A stretch of DNA of 64,000 nt from Cetorhinus maximus. Its lineage: Eukaryota. The notes beneath the pieces are model-generated. The model saw only the letters and a program-made list of their open reading frames with translations. It made no database searches and was not told the origin of the DNA. A program made the translations under genes and the position numbers. Positions 38,300-50,780 of this stretch are shown in pieces (positions within the stretch are counted from its first letter, which is position 1; every line of letters begins with the position of its first letter). The stretch lies in NCBI RefSeq assembly GCF_964194155.1, contig NC_135897.1:84878001-84942000 (forward strand), in the 5' to 3' direction.

Positions 38300-38668
38300 C
38301 CCCACCCCCACAGGGCTATCTGTACCTTGCTCATCCTGCATTTTACCCTTAATGTCACCTATTAGCACATTCCTTAGATAATATCACCACCGTCAACACC
38401 TCTTTGTCCTTTTGTCTATGACATCTTTTGGTTATCTCCACCTATCACTGGCCCTCTATCCAGCTCTACCTGTCTCACCCCCCGCCCCCCCCCAAACCAG
38501 CTTATATTTCACCTCTTTTCTATTTTTCCTTAGTTCTGTTGAAGAGTCATACAGACTCGAAATGTTAGCTGTGTTCCTCTCCGCAGATGCTGTCAGACCT
38601 GCTGAGTTTTTCCAGGTATTTTTATTTTTGTTTTGGATTTCCAGCATTCGCAGTTTTTTGCTTTTATG
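38300..38668 (+). mobile_element. Penelope pLTR copy
   Basis: Homologous to 7930-8340 and 39537-39802; hammerhead variant ctgttga...gaaatgtt at 38532-38570. Confidence 0.85.
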
Positions 38669-38782
38669 GAAGAAATTATGATTGATATGTATATGAATGC
38701 TTCTTAACCTTCTTTATGTTAACATTGTCATTAAAATAGCATGGACAAGATTTTGCTATAAGCAGATTAGCTGCCCCCCATT

Positions 38783-39925
38783 CTGTGTCTCAGTTGGTAG
38801 CAGTCTTCTCTCTGAGCCAGAAACATGTGGGTTTAAGTCCTACCCAAGTGCCGGAATTTTATGGCCCTGTCACGGCAGGGGTGGGGTTGTAAAATGCGGC
38901 GAGCCATTCTCAATTCCATCGACTTTGGCGGGAACGTAAAATCTCACCAGCGTAAAATTCCACACTGACCACAAAAAATCTAGGCTGAAACTCCAGTACA
39001 GGACCGAGGGAGTGCTGCACTGTCAGTGCCGTCATTTTCTTGGATGAGATGTTGAACCAATGTCTACCCTCTGAGGCGAATGTAAAAGTCCCCTTGACGC
39101 TATTTCATAAAGCGCAGGAGAGTTATCATCGGTGTCCTGTCTAATATTTATCCCTCAATCAACACCACACAAAAAAAGATGATCCGGCCATTGACACATT
39201 GCTGTTTGTAGGAGCGAGTTGTGCATAGATTGGCTGCTACATTTCCCATAATGCAACAGAAACCACAAGGGTTGGTGGTGGCATCGTGGTACTGTCACTG
39301 GATGAGTATCCCAGAGACCCTGGGAAATGCTCTGCGAACTTGAGTTTGACAGATGGTGAAATTTGAATTCAATAAAAAAAAATCTAGAAACATGAAATCA
39401 TTGCCGATTGTTGTAATAAACCCATCTGGTTCACTAATTTAGGGAAGGAAATCTGCTATCCTAACCTGGTTTGGCCTATATGTGACTCCCGACCCAACAA
39501 TGTGGTTGACTCTTAAATGCCCTCTGAACAAGGGCACACCTTTTAGATAATATCACCACCATCAACACCCCTTTGTCCTTTTGTCTATGACATCTTTGGC
39601 AATCTCTTCTTGGCCTCCACCTATCACTGGCCCTCTATCGAGCTCTTCTTTCCCACCCCCTTCTACCAGCATATATTTCATCTCATTTCTATATGTCTTA
39701 GTTCTGATGAAGGGCCATATGGACTTGAAACGTCAACTGTATCCCTCTCCGCAGATGCTGTCAGACCTGCCGAGTTTTTCCAGGTATTTTTGTTTTTGTT
39801 GTGGCAATAAATACTGGCCCAGCCATGAACAAATAAGAAACACTTTAAAAGTACCTCATTGGCTGTAAAGGGCTTTGAGATGTCCAGTCGCCATGAAAAG
39901 TGCTATCAAAATGCAATTCTTTTGT
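38783..39925 (+). mobile_element. DeuSINE split by a mini-MITE (38848-38965) and SINE B (39272-39840), the latter split by a Penelope pLTR (39537-39802)
   Basis: SINE head, Deu core and tail are collinear once the inserts are removed. Confidence 0.8.
39700..39738 (+). ncRNA. Minimal type I hammerhead ribozyme motif in Penelope pLTR
   Basis: agtt-CTGATGA-agggcc atat ggactt-GAAA-c-g-TC-aact: stem I agtt/aact, stem II with one mismatch, intact core, palindromic ACGT stem III, GUC cleavage triplet ending at 39734. Confidence 0.75.
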
Positions 39926-39984
39926 TCATTATTTACCATTTTGTTCATAAATACATACTTGATAATTTGACTTTGAAGGATAGT

Positions 39985-41310
39985 CAATATTGAGGAGGAC
40001 AGCAACAAATTGCACAAAGACATTCATAAACTTGAAAAACGGGCATATAATTAACAAATGAGATATTACATTTTGGTAAGAAAAATAGAGGTCAAATATT
40101 ATTTGTAAAATAAGAACCTAAATTGGATAGAGGCACAAGGTTGATCTGGGAATACAAATACACAAGTCACTGAAAGGAGTGCCGCAGGTTAATATGGCCA
40201 CATAAAAAGCAAAAGAGAAGCTGAGGGGTGACCTAGTCAAGCTCTTTGAAGTTGTGAAAGGTTTCACTAGAGTAAACGCAGAGTGCACGTGTCCACTTGA
40301 GGGGAAGAGTAAGACTAGAGGCCCTCAATAAAGTCACCAAGAAATCAAACAGGGAATTCAACAGAAATGTATTTATCCAGAGATTGGTGTGAATGTGGAA
40401 CTCGTTACCATAGGGAGTAGTTGAGGTGAATAGTAAAGATGCATTTAAGAGGAAGCTAGAAAAGCATATCAAGTTAATCAGAAATACAGTCTCCTGATCA
40501 ATGTTGACAAGACAAAGGTGATGGGGGTGGGTGGAAAGACCTGCAAGATTCTGATGAACGGAGTTCAGCTTGAACAGGTTGATACTTTCTGCTATCTTGG
40601 GTCACTCATCATGGAAGATGCAGAGGCTACCAAAGAAACTGGGGCTAAGCTTAACAGGCATCATGGCGTTGTGAACTCACTGAAAAGAGTATGGAGTAGC
40701 TACAGCATCTCGATTACAACAATTCATCTTCTGAAAGCCTTTGTGTGGCTGGTGACAATGTGTGTCTTTGAAAGCTGGGCCATTAGGAAGAGTGACGAGG
40801 CTTGAATAAGAGTATTTGAAATTAAAGGACTCAGACCGATATTACATGTGTCTTGGATGGTCAAGCAGACAAATGAGTGTGTGCTTGAGAAAGCTGGTGT
40901 TAAGAGGAACTTGTTTGTGGCAGCAATGTCAAGGAAGGTCACACATTTTGGACATGTGATGCAAACAGGCGGGGAGCATTTGGATAAAGAGGTAATGCAA
41001 AGCAAATGTGCACAAGGATAGACCCAAGATGGCATGAATGGATAATATCAGAACATAGAACTGGCCTTTCTATGGGACAGGCAGTGAGGGCAGCGGAGAG
41101 TAGAAATCAGTGGAGAAAGATTGTTCATAGTGTAATCAATTAGCGAGGATGGATAAAAGTCAAGACAAGAAAAGCATATGAGGGATAAGGGAATAGAGGG
41201 TTTTGCTGCTAGAGTTAGTTGAGGAAGGTTGGGAGCATAAAGGTCAGCATGGACTAGTTTGGCCAATTGGTCAGTTTCTGTGCTCTATATTCTACATAAT
41301 TCTATCCATT
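39985..41310 (+). mobile_element. Decayed CR1 interrupted by an RTE LINE
   Basis: RKLRGDL- and WNSLP-like remnants; tail resumes after 41179. Confidence 0.75.
40470..41167 (+). mobile_element. RTE-clade LINE, 5'-truncated
   Basis: INVDKTKVM...LEQVDTFCYLGSLI...ESWAIRK...ILHVSW...HFGHVM; exact 12-bp TSD agaaaagcatat at 40458-40469 and 41168-41179. Confidence 0.9.
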
Positions 41311-42429
41311 TGGACCAATTTAAACAATATTGACTCCAAGTAGCCCTGCTCCTTTAGCAATTTGCATTATTGGCCTCCTTACCCTGATATTTCCAACAAG
41401 CAAATGCCAGATCTTCGATTTCCATGGCTAAGAAAAGGTGTTTTGATCACAGTTCTGGTGGTGGATCTGATCCTTGGTGGCTTAGCATGTGCCCCTGGCC
41501 CCGCTGGCCCATTACTGGGAAGATGTACTGATTGCCATCCCCTTCCTCCAGGTAGATTGTGGGCCTACACATTTGTTTTATCTTTCAGTCCAGTGGGACA
41601 GTCTCCAACCCCTGTTGGTCTAATATTGAAGTAAGTGCCTATTTTTCTTGGTGGCCCAGCAGGGAAGCCACCTACCTTCTGGTGATCTGACAGTGGACTG
41701 TGCACAGTTTAGAGAGTAGGAGCAGCAGCAACAAGTGCAATTTCAGGATTTAAACTATGGATTATAAATTAGCCTGACAGAATGGGGCAGTGGAGAATTA
41801 GACATAGGTTATGAAGATGGAATCACTTGAATTATGATTGAAAGGCAAGGGAGTGTGAATGGAAAGCTGGGAGAACTTGAAACAAGAACCAAGATTGAGA
41901 GGAACAGATGTTTCCCCACAGTATTATGAGCAGAAGAACTGACCTGTGGAATGAAACAAGCCTGGTTCAATAACATGAAACCGATATGGAGGTTGTTAGC
42001 GCCTGTCACTTCCAGAAAGATGTTACGAATGAGCATGAGCAGGAAGTATAGCGTTCCAGACAAAGAATTCTTCTATTTTTGGAGAGCTGTGATCAGTAAC
42101 CCAAATTTAGGTTTTGTGAATTTTTAACACACAAGCCTTGATCTCTTGCAAAGAGGCAATCACCACTGGATTGCTGCCCTGCTTGAACCTTTCTGTGGCT
42201 AGACACTGCTCCACATTTCTTGCTAGGTCTTCCAAGCCCAACTTCCCCAGAAATATAGAGTGCAGCATCCATTGGAGAGCTCCATTGCTGTGCTGTAGTG
42301 TCAGGGGGAAGACGAGGCATGGCCCCTTTTCATGGTACTAGCTGCCATATGATAACATAAATGCCCAGTGTCAATGCTAGTGAATGGGTGAATATTCGTG
42401 AATCAGTGATGGATGAACGCTAAATGGAT

Positions 42430-42900
42430 AGGGTGATAGGGTTGGTGAGGTGGTAGTTGGGTAAAGTAGCAGGTGGGTAGGGCAGTAGGTTGGCAGGGTG
42501 ACAGGTGAGTAGGTTGGTAGGTGGCTACAGTGTCAGGTGGGTAGGGTGATTGGTGGGTAGAGTGGCAGGTGGTTAGGCTGGTAGGGTGGATATAGTGGCA
42601 GGTAGGTAGCATGGCAGGTGGGTGAGGTGGTAGGTGGTAATCAGGTGGTGGGGGTTGTTGGGTCTGGTCGGGGGGGTGTTGTTGGTTGGTTGGGGGGGCG
42701 TAGTCAGGTCAGGTTGGGTCGGAGAGCTAGTCTGGGGTGGTCAGGGTAGTAGTTGGGGGATTTGGGGGGATGGTCGGGTCGGGTTGGAGAGATGGCTGGG
42801 GGTGGTCAGGGGCGGTAGAGGGGGATCGAAGGGCCAGTTGGTGTTCGTGGGGAGTTGAGGTGGGCTTCAGTGTGAGTGATGAGGGGAGGGGGGTCAGTTC
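42430..42900. repeat. G/T-rich low-complexity tract
   Basis: ggtag/ggtgg-type degenerate repeats. Confidence 0.8.
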
Positions 42901-42934
42901 TGTAGTTACCTAGAGGTTAGACTAGGATTTTTCT

Positions 42935-43300
42935 GTGTTCTGACCTTATGATGGAGGGAAGGTCATTGATGAAGCAGCTGATGATGGTTGAGCCTAGGAC
43001 ACTGCCCTGAGGAACTCCTGCAGTGATGTCCCGGGACAGAGATAACTGACGTCCAACAACCACAACCATCTCCCTTTGTGCTAGGTATGACTCCAACCAG
43101 CGGAGAGTTTTCCCCCTGATTCCCATTGACTCTAATTTTGCTAGGGCTCCTTGATGCAACACTCAGTAAAATGCTGCCTTGATGTCAAGGGCAGTCGCTC
43201 TCACCTCACCTCGGGAGCTCAGCTCTTTTGCCTATGTTTGGATCAAAGCTGTAGCGAGGTCAGGAGCTGAGTGACTCTAATGGAATCCAAACCAAACATC
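42935..43300 (-). mobile_element. LINE family B RT fragment
   Basis: HQGALAKLESMGIRGKTLRWLESYL...GVPQGSVLG...FINDLP. Confidence 0.92.
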
Positions 43301-43570
43301 ATTGTGGTTAATAATTGGTCTCATGCGCATATTAAAATGGTCCTGGCCAATGCCTATTCTTTGAGTCTCAAAAATCAGTGTAAAATGTTGAGCAAAAGGC
43401 AAGATGCAGATTTGAGGTTACTATCAGGTCAGCCATGATATTTTTAAATGGCGGAGCAGGCTCAAAGGGCCAAATGGCCTACTCCTGCTCCTTGTTGTAT
43501 TGTATGTAATTCTATATGCACAAGAATTCCCTGGTTTTGAGTCTATATTGGGCACGGCGGGGGCGGGGGT

Positions 43571-44130
43571 GGGGTGGATTTTATGGGTGGAAGATTATCT
43601 GAAAACTTAATGAAAAAGTCCATCAGCGCCGTGTTGGTTAGAAACCTGGCTGTCCCGCTGCAATAATATGCTGGGAGCAGCCTTAATATGATTGGAGTGG
43701 GAGCATGTCCCACCCTAGAGAGCTACCGGCCAATCTGATTAGCTCTGTAGCAGCTCCGTAGTGCCCGCAAAGCCAGAATTCAGCAGCGGCCACTGCTGGG
43801 ACTACAGGCGATCCACGAAGGTGAAGAAATAACAGATCCTCTATGGACACAGGGCACCCACCCAGTGGAGGTACCCCTAACCCCCTGACAGCAGCCCACA
43901 CAGTGAAAGCTGCCAGGCTGCCTGCCTTCCCCAGCCACCCATAAAATTGTGCTAGAATGAGGCATTTAAGTGGCCATTAATTGGCCACTTGGGTGGGCTG
44001 CCTGTAAACCTGCCTGTCCGCTGCAATATGGATGGGGTTAGGCGGAAAGGCAGAGGGCAGGCCACCTGTTTTACTTTACATGATGCCCCATCTTCAAATA
44101 CACTGACGGGGAAACCATGAAATTCACCCC
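43571..44130. mobile_element. Older Harbinger-type MITE
   Basis: Ends ggggtggattt / aaattcacccc; internal palindrome aagtggccattaattggccactt. Confidence 0.65.
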
Positions 44131-44599
44131 AGGAAGTGTAAAGAAATCCATTCAGGCTTCATCCCCGTCAGTTTTTCTTTGCCTCCTTCTGAAATGCCAG
44201 CCTAGCTTTTTTTTAAAAAATCTAAAACGGTGCTGCAAGTTTACAGCAACCATTAAAATGAGAGCAGAGGGAAAGTGTGCCTGGAACTCACTGAACAGAA
44301 TACATGAGGGACGTCAGTTAAAGCAGAGATGTTAGAGGAGCTTTGATGGTTCTCTTTGGAGCAGTTACGATTAAGAGGAGGTTTGAAAGGGGTGTTCAAA
44401 ATTATGTAGGCTTTTGATGGAACATATGAGGAGTAACCCTGCTGGCAGGAGGGTTGGGAACTGGAGCATATGGATTTAAGGTTATTGGCAAAAGAAACTA
44501 GTGGGGAGAGGAGGAGCATTTTTCTTTGCACAGCGAGTTGTTACAATTTGGAACGCGCTGTCTGAAAGGCTGGGGCGAAGAAAAGGAAATTTGATGTAT

Positions 44600-45586
44600 G
44601 CTTTATTACAGCCCATGAAGAGGGAGAAATGACTCCCCTATTCTCCCACTCCAGGCCTGGCTGGAACAGGGATTTTTGTCAATTTAAGATGTGCTTTGTC
44701 AATTCTGTAGGAGTCCCACTATTTATGCTTTCAGGCTGTAAAGAATTAGCCAGACAGGTTTACTTAGGTTAATCAAAGAACAAGGCAAGTTTATTGAAAC
44801 TACTTTCTGAACTAAAAAAAAAGGCTGGGTAAATTGCAACCACATGTCCCACGCATTCATTTGGGCCCACACACACACACACACACACACACCTATACAG
44901 ATGGCAGAGCAAGAGGATAGGCTTCTAGGATTTTTACAATTCACGAAAAATATGACAGAGACATATACAGTTAGCTGTGCTTTGGTCAGTCTCGATGCGG
45001 TGATTCCACACTGAGGCTGTTTTGATCAGTTGTCCTCCTGTGTGTAGTTGCATGGAGCAAATTTCCACATTTTATTCAAGAAGGGTCTCGGTTCTCAGTG
45101 GATTTCCCTTCTTAGGAGGTTACTTTGCAAAACTGGGCACAACGCTTCTGACAGAGGCAGAGAGGGCACACAGCTTCAAACAGCCTGTGTTCAGTACAGC
45201 ATTGTCTTTTGTTCTCTCTCTCCTGCTTGGTAAGGTGTCCTTAAAGTACCTTGCTGGGTGTATGTTCCAAAGAAATCCTATTAGTTCATGACTGCTGCAG
45301 TTATTGTTTCAGAATAGGTAATTGTATTTTGTTGTCTCATCTCAGGAAGATTTGAAATGGCTCAGGATGGCGTGAAGCCAACAGGGGATGGAGTCTTTTA
45401 CACTCCCCAGGGGGTTGTTTCTTTTCTACTTCACTTAACATTAGACTTGGTGGAATGTGAAATTGTGTGTATTGTAGCAGTCTGAGCAGTTGTGTCATTG
45501 TCTCTAAAAGGTTCCAGTTTTTCAAAATCCAACTAGCTAAAGAAAAAGTAGGAAATCATATGTTCAAAAAGCACATCATCGCAACA
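44600..45586 (-). mobile_element. Solo-LTR-like insertion within a CR1 (44330-45725)
   Basis: Ends ...tcgcaaca; tttattg then (CA)n layout like 35048-35973; CR1 resumes on the right; left end uncertain. Confidence 0.6.
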
Positions 45587-47614
45587 ACTAGAAAAGGAAA
45601 AGGAAAATGCAGGGTTATGGGGAAAGAGTAGGGTGAATGTGATTAATCGGATGGCTCTTTTAAAGAGAAGGCATAGCATGATGGACTGAATGGCCTCCTT
45701 CTACGTTGTGTTATTCCATGATTATCTTTCATTATTTATCCCGCTTGGCATCTTTAGGTTTTCGGTGTCCATCACTCTTCAAGTGACAGGTCAGGGAAAA
45801 GATTTCTTCCCGGTCTCTATCAATCCCACTCTCTATCTAAACCCTAGCTGTACAACAAAAGCAAAGTATTGTGGATGCAGGAAATCTGAAATAAAAACAG
45901 AGAGTGCTGGAGAAACTCAGCAGGGTTAGCAGCATCTGTAGAGAGAGAAACAGAGTTAATGTTTTGAGTCCAATATGGCTTATGTCTTTGCTTTCCCGCT
46001 CTTGCAAAATTGAGAAGGGTTGGGAACAGAGGCTATCAGTGCTATTTTTTCTGCTGGCCTGCTTCCGTGTCAGCCAGATTCAGCACATGAAAATGCGGCA
46101 CCATCACTATCAGGCCTGCAATGGGAGGAAGTCTACCACCACCTTCTCTGTGGTTGGGAAAAAAATATGGCCTTGCCAGTGTTCCCCTCGCCCCAAAAAC
46201 AAATGATGAACCCGTTTGTAACCAGAGAATATAAGAATTGAAACAACTGTGCCCAGTACTGGACTTGTTAATTTGGGAAAGATGGCGAAGCTAAGGTGAA
46301 AGTGCAGGAGTGATTCATTGCGATGATACCAGGGATGAGAGCCTTCATGGGAAGAAACTAAAGTTATTGCCATTAGGACAAAGAAGGCTGACCTGAGATC
46401 TGGGAGGGAATGGTGGGTTTGATAAGATAAATTATGTGAAACAATTTCTAATGGCTGGTGATTTGGTAACTAAAGAGCATAAATATTAAAATTTTCACTG
46501 CCCAAGTGAAGAGACAGTCTGTTTTTAATTATGCGGAGGAGTGCCAGGGTAGGGAAGTCCTTGCCAGATGGAAGGAGACTTGATAAATACTTTTTATTTC
46601 CCCATTAGTACCTGTTAGCAACTATTTCCCAACTGAGGGTGAATATTGAAATACAGGAACTAAACTTTACAATTAATTGGGAAGCAAAGAAATATTTCAG
46701 TAGCTTAGGAGCCTCCATTTTGAGGTGATGCAGCAGATATGGGGTAGAAGTTGAGGGCCTTTCTGCCGTGCAGTTCCTCTTCTGCACTTAGCACGGGGAA
46801 CTTGTTAATTGATCCATTGGAGGGGCTTTTGATTGCCTTGTCATCTTGTTTTGCAAAGTGTCACCTTTGCAGCTCCTTCCATTTTATGTTGCCCCAGAAT
46901 AAATGCATTAGTGGTCCTGAGATGCAGGAACTACTGAGACCTGGAAAAAGTCGATGCCCTGGCCTTTTTTCAAGGCAGACCCATGCAGATTGGGGACAGT
47001 CTAACCCCTTGACAGCCTGATGACGCAACTTGCATCTGTTGGCAGCCTCATCAGTCTGCAGGAGGAGTGCATTCAGCACCCGGAGTTCTGAGAGGCAAAA
47101 ATCTGTTGTCTCCATAGTCTGGAGGAAGTGGGATATACGGGGAATATGATTCAGTGTTTCCTGGAAACCATGTATCATTAGGCTTGGATATTTTCACTTG
47201 GCTTTGCAAAATGCAAATCTTGGATCTCTGGGCTGGAAACCAAATTCTCGCTCCTTTTTAGTATCCCAAATCTGAAATTATATTTATGGGAGGTATTTAT
47301 TATTTTCTGCACAATCTACCTACCTCTCGGTTTTTGCAGGCTGTTCCCCATTCGAGGGTGCTCCCTTTTATTTTCTATTCCTTCCCTGTGGGGGATTGTT
47401 TGGTTTTGATTTTCCATCCCATCACTATTAGGCTGTGAACCCTCAATGAGGTAATTATGCAATGTTAGTATCCCTCCCTTTCTGGGCTTAGGGTACTAGA
47501 GCCCAACCCACCGCACCATTGATTCAAAACCTGATGATAAGTTCATTGGACACAATGGGCCTGAAAGCTTCACCAAGTGGTTTAGCACACTACTGTGACC
47601 ACATCTTTTTTATA

Positions 47615-48065
47615 TCAGCTGTGGCTCAGAGGTAGCCCTTGCCCTTGAGTCAGGGGATTGTGGGTTCATGTTCCAGTCCAGGGATTTGAGCCCATAACCT
47701 AAGCAGATGCTCCCACACTGGAGGAGGGCTGCACTTCTGGAAGTGCTGTTCCTTGGATGAGACTTTAAACTGAGGTCCCATGTGTCATCTCAGATGGATG
47801 TCAAAGTTCCCGCTATTTTATTGAAGAACAGAGGGGTTCTTATTGGTGTCCTGACTAATATTTATCCATCAACAAACAATACTAAAAACAGATTATCTGG
47901 TCATTATCACATTACTGCTTGTGGGAACTTGCTGAGCACACATTGGCTGCCACATTCCCTACATTACAGCAATGACGGCACTTTACTTCATTAGCTGTGA
48001 AGCATTTTGGGATGTTCTGAGGTTGTGAAAAGCATTATAAATATGCAAGTCTTTTATCTTTCTTT
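47615..48065 (+). mobile_element. DeuSINE, full length
   Basis: Head tcagctgtggctcagaggtag...gggttcatgttcca, Deu core ggatgagactttaaactgaggtcc, tail aaatatgcaagtctttt. Confidence 0.88.
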
Positions 48066-49136
48066 CGATATCAGATAAGAACTTTTACCAAGATTGAGTC
48101 CCCTGTTAAACATTCGCAAGTGACACTGCATGTTGTCAGAAGGCTGGAGAGTGACCAGAGGTCAATTATCTATAGTCTGACATGGGTCCTAATAGCTTAA
48201 AGTCTAATCTCCTGATGAGGTTCATTAACCTTTTGCTCATATTTACTCTGGTCCCACAAACATGCCAGGTAATTGTTGTGAACACTTGGATATGATGAAC
48301 CAACTAAAAGATGAGTCAAACCGATGAATTGATATTGTAAATGTTTGCCAGGTAATTTCCGTTAAGGAAGGCTACTTCTTCTTCCTTATTTTAAGGGTTT
48401 CGGAATTATGCACCATCGAGGGACCTGCCACCTGGCATTACTGCAAGACTATATTGTTGTAATATTGAGGCAAGCTCAACTTTTCTGGTCTCTCCATGTA
48501 ACTGAACCCTCCCACCCCTGGTAGCATTCACGCACATCTCCTCCACATCCTTGCTAAGGCTGGAATTACTTGACCTCACCAATAATTGTTGAATACAGGT
48601 CACAGTGAGAACTAAAATCAAGCTTCATATTAAGGAAACATTTTCCTCATGTCTAAACATAGGTATTTACTTTTCTCTAAGGATGGAATCGAAAGGAGAG
48701 CACGATTGGAATTCTCTGCACCTGATGCTTCCAACATCTTTCCAAATAAATAGGCACGATATAACCACACATACCGGGAGAGCTATGCTAAAGTATCCAG
48801 GGAGCAATAAAAACTCTTCAGTAAAGTAACAGATGTGGTTACTCATATCCTCACCAGATACCAAAAGCAAATACTAAATTCTGTTTACAGAGGAGAAATA
48901 GCTTCAGTCACATTAAGAGCCTTGGAGCTTAACCCTATGATGAAAATTCCTGTCACAAATTCAAATTCGCTGCAAATGAATCATACCAGCTCATTTCTGA
49001 TATTGGCCTGGTTGAGCTGAACTCACTGAAGGCAAAGGCATGGACTGATTGGGTTGAATGGTCTGTTTCTATGCCATATATATCTCATGTACTTCAGCTG
49101 CATGTGTTAATAGATCATTGCCTTCCACAGGTCTAT

Positions 49137-49710
49137 GGGCAGAATTTTGCCCTCGTTGGGCGGGAATGGCGGGAAGGCCCCGGAGCGGCCGGGAAACCGC
49201 CCACCGCCCACGATCGGGCCCCGACCGATTTCATGCTGGCTCAGCGCTGCCGGAGTGCGGGGGGGGGGGGGGAGAGGAGCGCGAGTGCTGAAGTTCGCAC
49301 ATGTGCGTTGGTGTACGCAGTAAAAGCTCCCTGAGGCACAGAGCTGCCTCGGGTAGCTGAGGACTTTTATCAATAAAAATAAAGATTTTTAAAATAATGA
49401 AAACATGTCCCCTCATGTGACAGAGTCACATGAGCAAGGGACATGTTAAATACGAGCATGAAAAGTTTTTTTAAAAAAATCACTGGTCGAAACCTCATCC
49501 CGCCCGTGGGCGAGGCTTTGCCAAGAATGCAAAGGCTGCTTGGCCTTTTTGTCCACCCACCAACTGAACAGTTGGATGGGCAGTGAAAAATTCCAATCAA
49601 TTAGTTGATTAAGGGCCTTAATAGGCGGCTTAATTGTTTTGGCCGTGCTGCTGACTCCTGCATGCACCCATCGACCTGAATGTCTGCGCGATGACATCGG
49701 GACGCTTGTC
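49137..49710. mobile_element. Harbinger-type MITE, right end truncated, followed by a DeuSINE tail (49715-49890)
   Basis: Left TIR gggcagaattttgcc identical to 25854; three internal hairpins present. Confidence 0.9.
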
Positions 49711-50059
49711 CAAGATCACTAAAACAAATTATCAGGTCATTACCAGATTTTTGTTCATAGGACCTTGCTGTGTGCAAAGTGACTATTACATTTCCTGTAT
49801 TATATTTCAATAGTACCTCATTGACTGTAAAGCGCTTTGGGATACCCTGAGATCATGAAAGATGCTATATAAATGCAAGCTCTTTCTTTACATTACACAC
49901 AGAAGACAGGTTTCATTACTGCTGCCTGTGTTTAGTTTGAACTGGGTTTATCCTTTAAAGCATTACAAAGTACAGAACCAGAGAAATTCAGAATCAACCC
50001 CACCCATTCAATCTGCTGAAGGTTGATTCTTTACGCAACAAACAAGTATATACATAAAA

Positions 50060-50285
50060 ACAAAATAAAGTGGATTCTGGAAATCTGAAATACAAACAGA
50101 AAATGCTGCAAACATTCAAAAAATCTGGCAGCATCTGTGGAGAGAGAGAAGCAAAGTCAATGTTTCAGGTTGTTGACCTCTTACCAAACATTCTGATGAA
50201 AGCTGAAACATTCATGCCGTTTCTTTCTTCAAGATGCTGCCTGACCTGCTGAGTGTTTCCAGCATTTTATGGTATTATTTTAAAT
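50060..50285. mobile_element. Two Penelope pLTR ends in inverted orientation
   Basis: ctggcagcatctgtggagagaga (minus copy) then ctgatgaaagctgaaac...gatgctgcctgacctgctgag (plus copy). Confidence 0.75.
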
Positions 50286-50387
50286 CTTGCCACAGTGTTA
50301 GTTCTGTATGGTATATTCCAGAAAAGCAGGTAGTGGAGGATAGAACTGGAGCCAGTCTTTGCACGCTTACCTAAGCACTTATTTACA

Positions 50388-50780
50388 GTGGTGTGGCGGG
50401 AACATCATTGAACTAATAATCCAGAAGCCCAGGCTAATGGTCTGTGGATATGGGCTCAAATCCCACCATGGCAACTGGTGGAATTTAAATGCACTTAATA
50501 AAATCTGGGATATAGAAAAAACTAGTCTCAGTAATAGTGACCATGAAGCTATCATTGCTTGTCGTAAAGACCCATCTGGTTCACCAGTGTCCTTTAGGGA
50601 AGGAAATCTGCAATCCTAACTTGGTCTGGCCTACATGTGACTCCAGATCCATAGCAATGTCTCTTAACCACCCTCTGAAATGATCTAGCAAGCCACTCAA
50701 TTCAAGGGCTAATAGGGATGGTCAATAAATGCTGGTCTTGCCATCGATGCCTGCATCCCATGGATGAATAAATGAAATTA
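50388..50780 (+). mobile_element. SINE family B, full length
   Basis: tRNA-like head (gggctcaaatccc B-box), core cccatctggttcac...ggaaggaaatctg, LINE-B tail aataaatgctggtcttgccatcgatgcc. Confidence 0.85.

Noticed and set aside
47615-47700. tRNA gene
   Set aside because: tRNA-derived SINE head with degenerate boxes, continuous with the SINE body; the same applies at 29055, 38783, 50388 and 52395.
48671-48815. Possible minus-strand exon (FLLLPGYFSIALPVCVV...)
   Set aside because: Weak splice sites and no recognisable homology.
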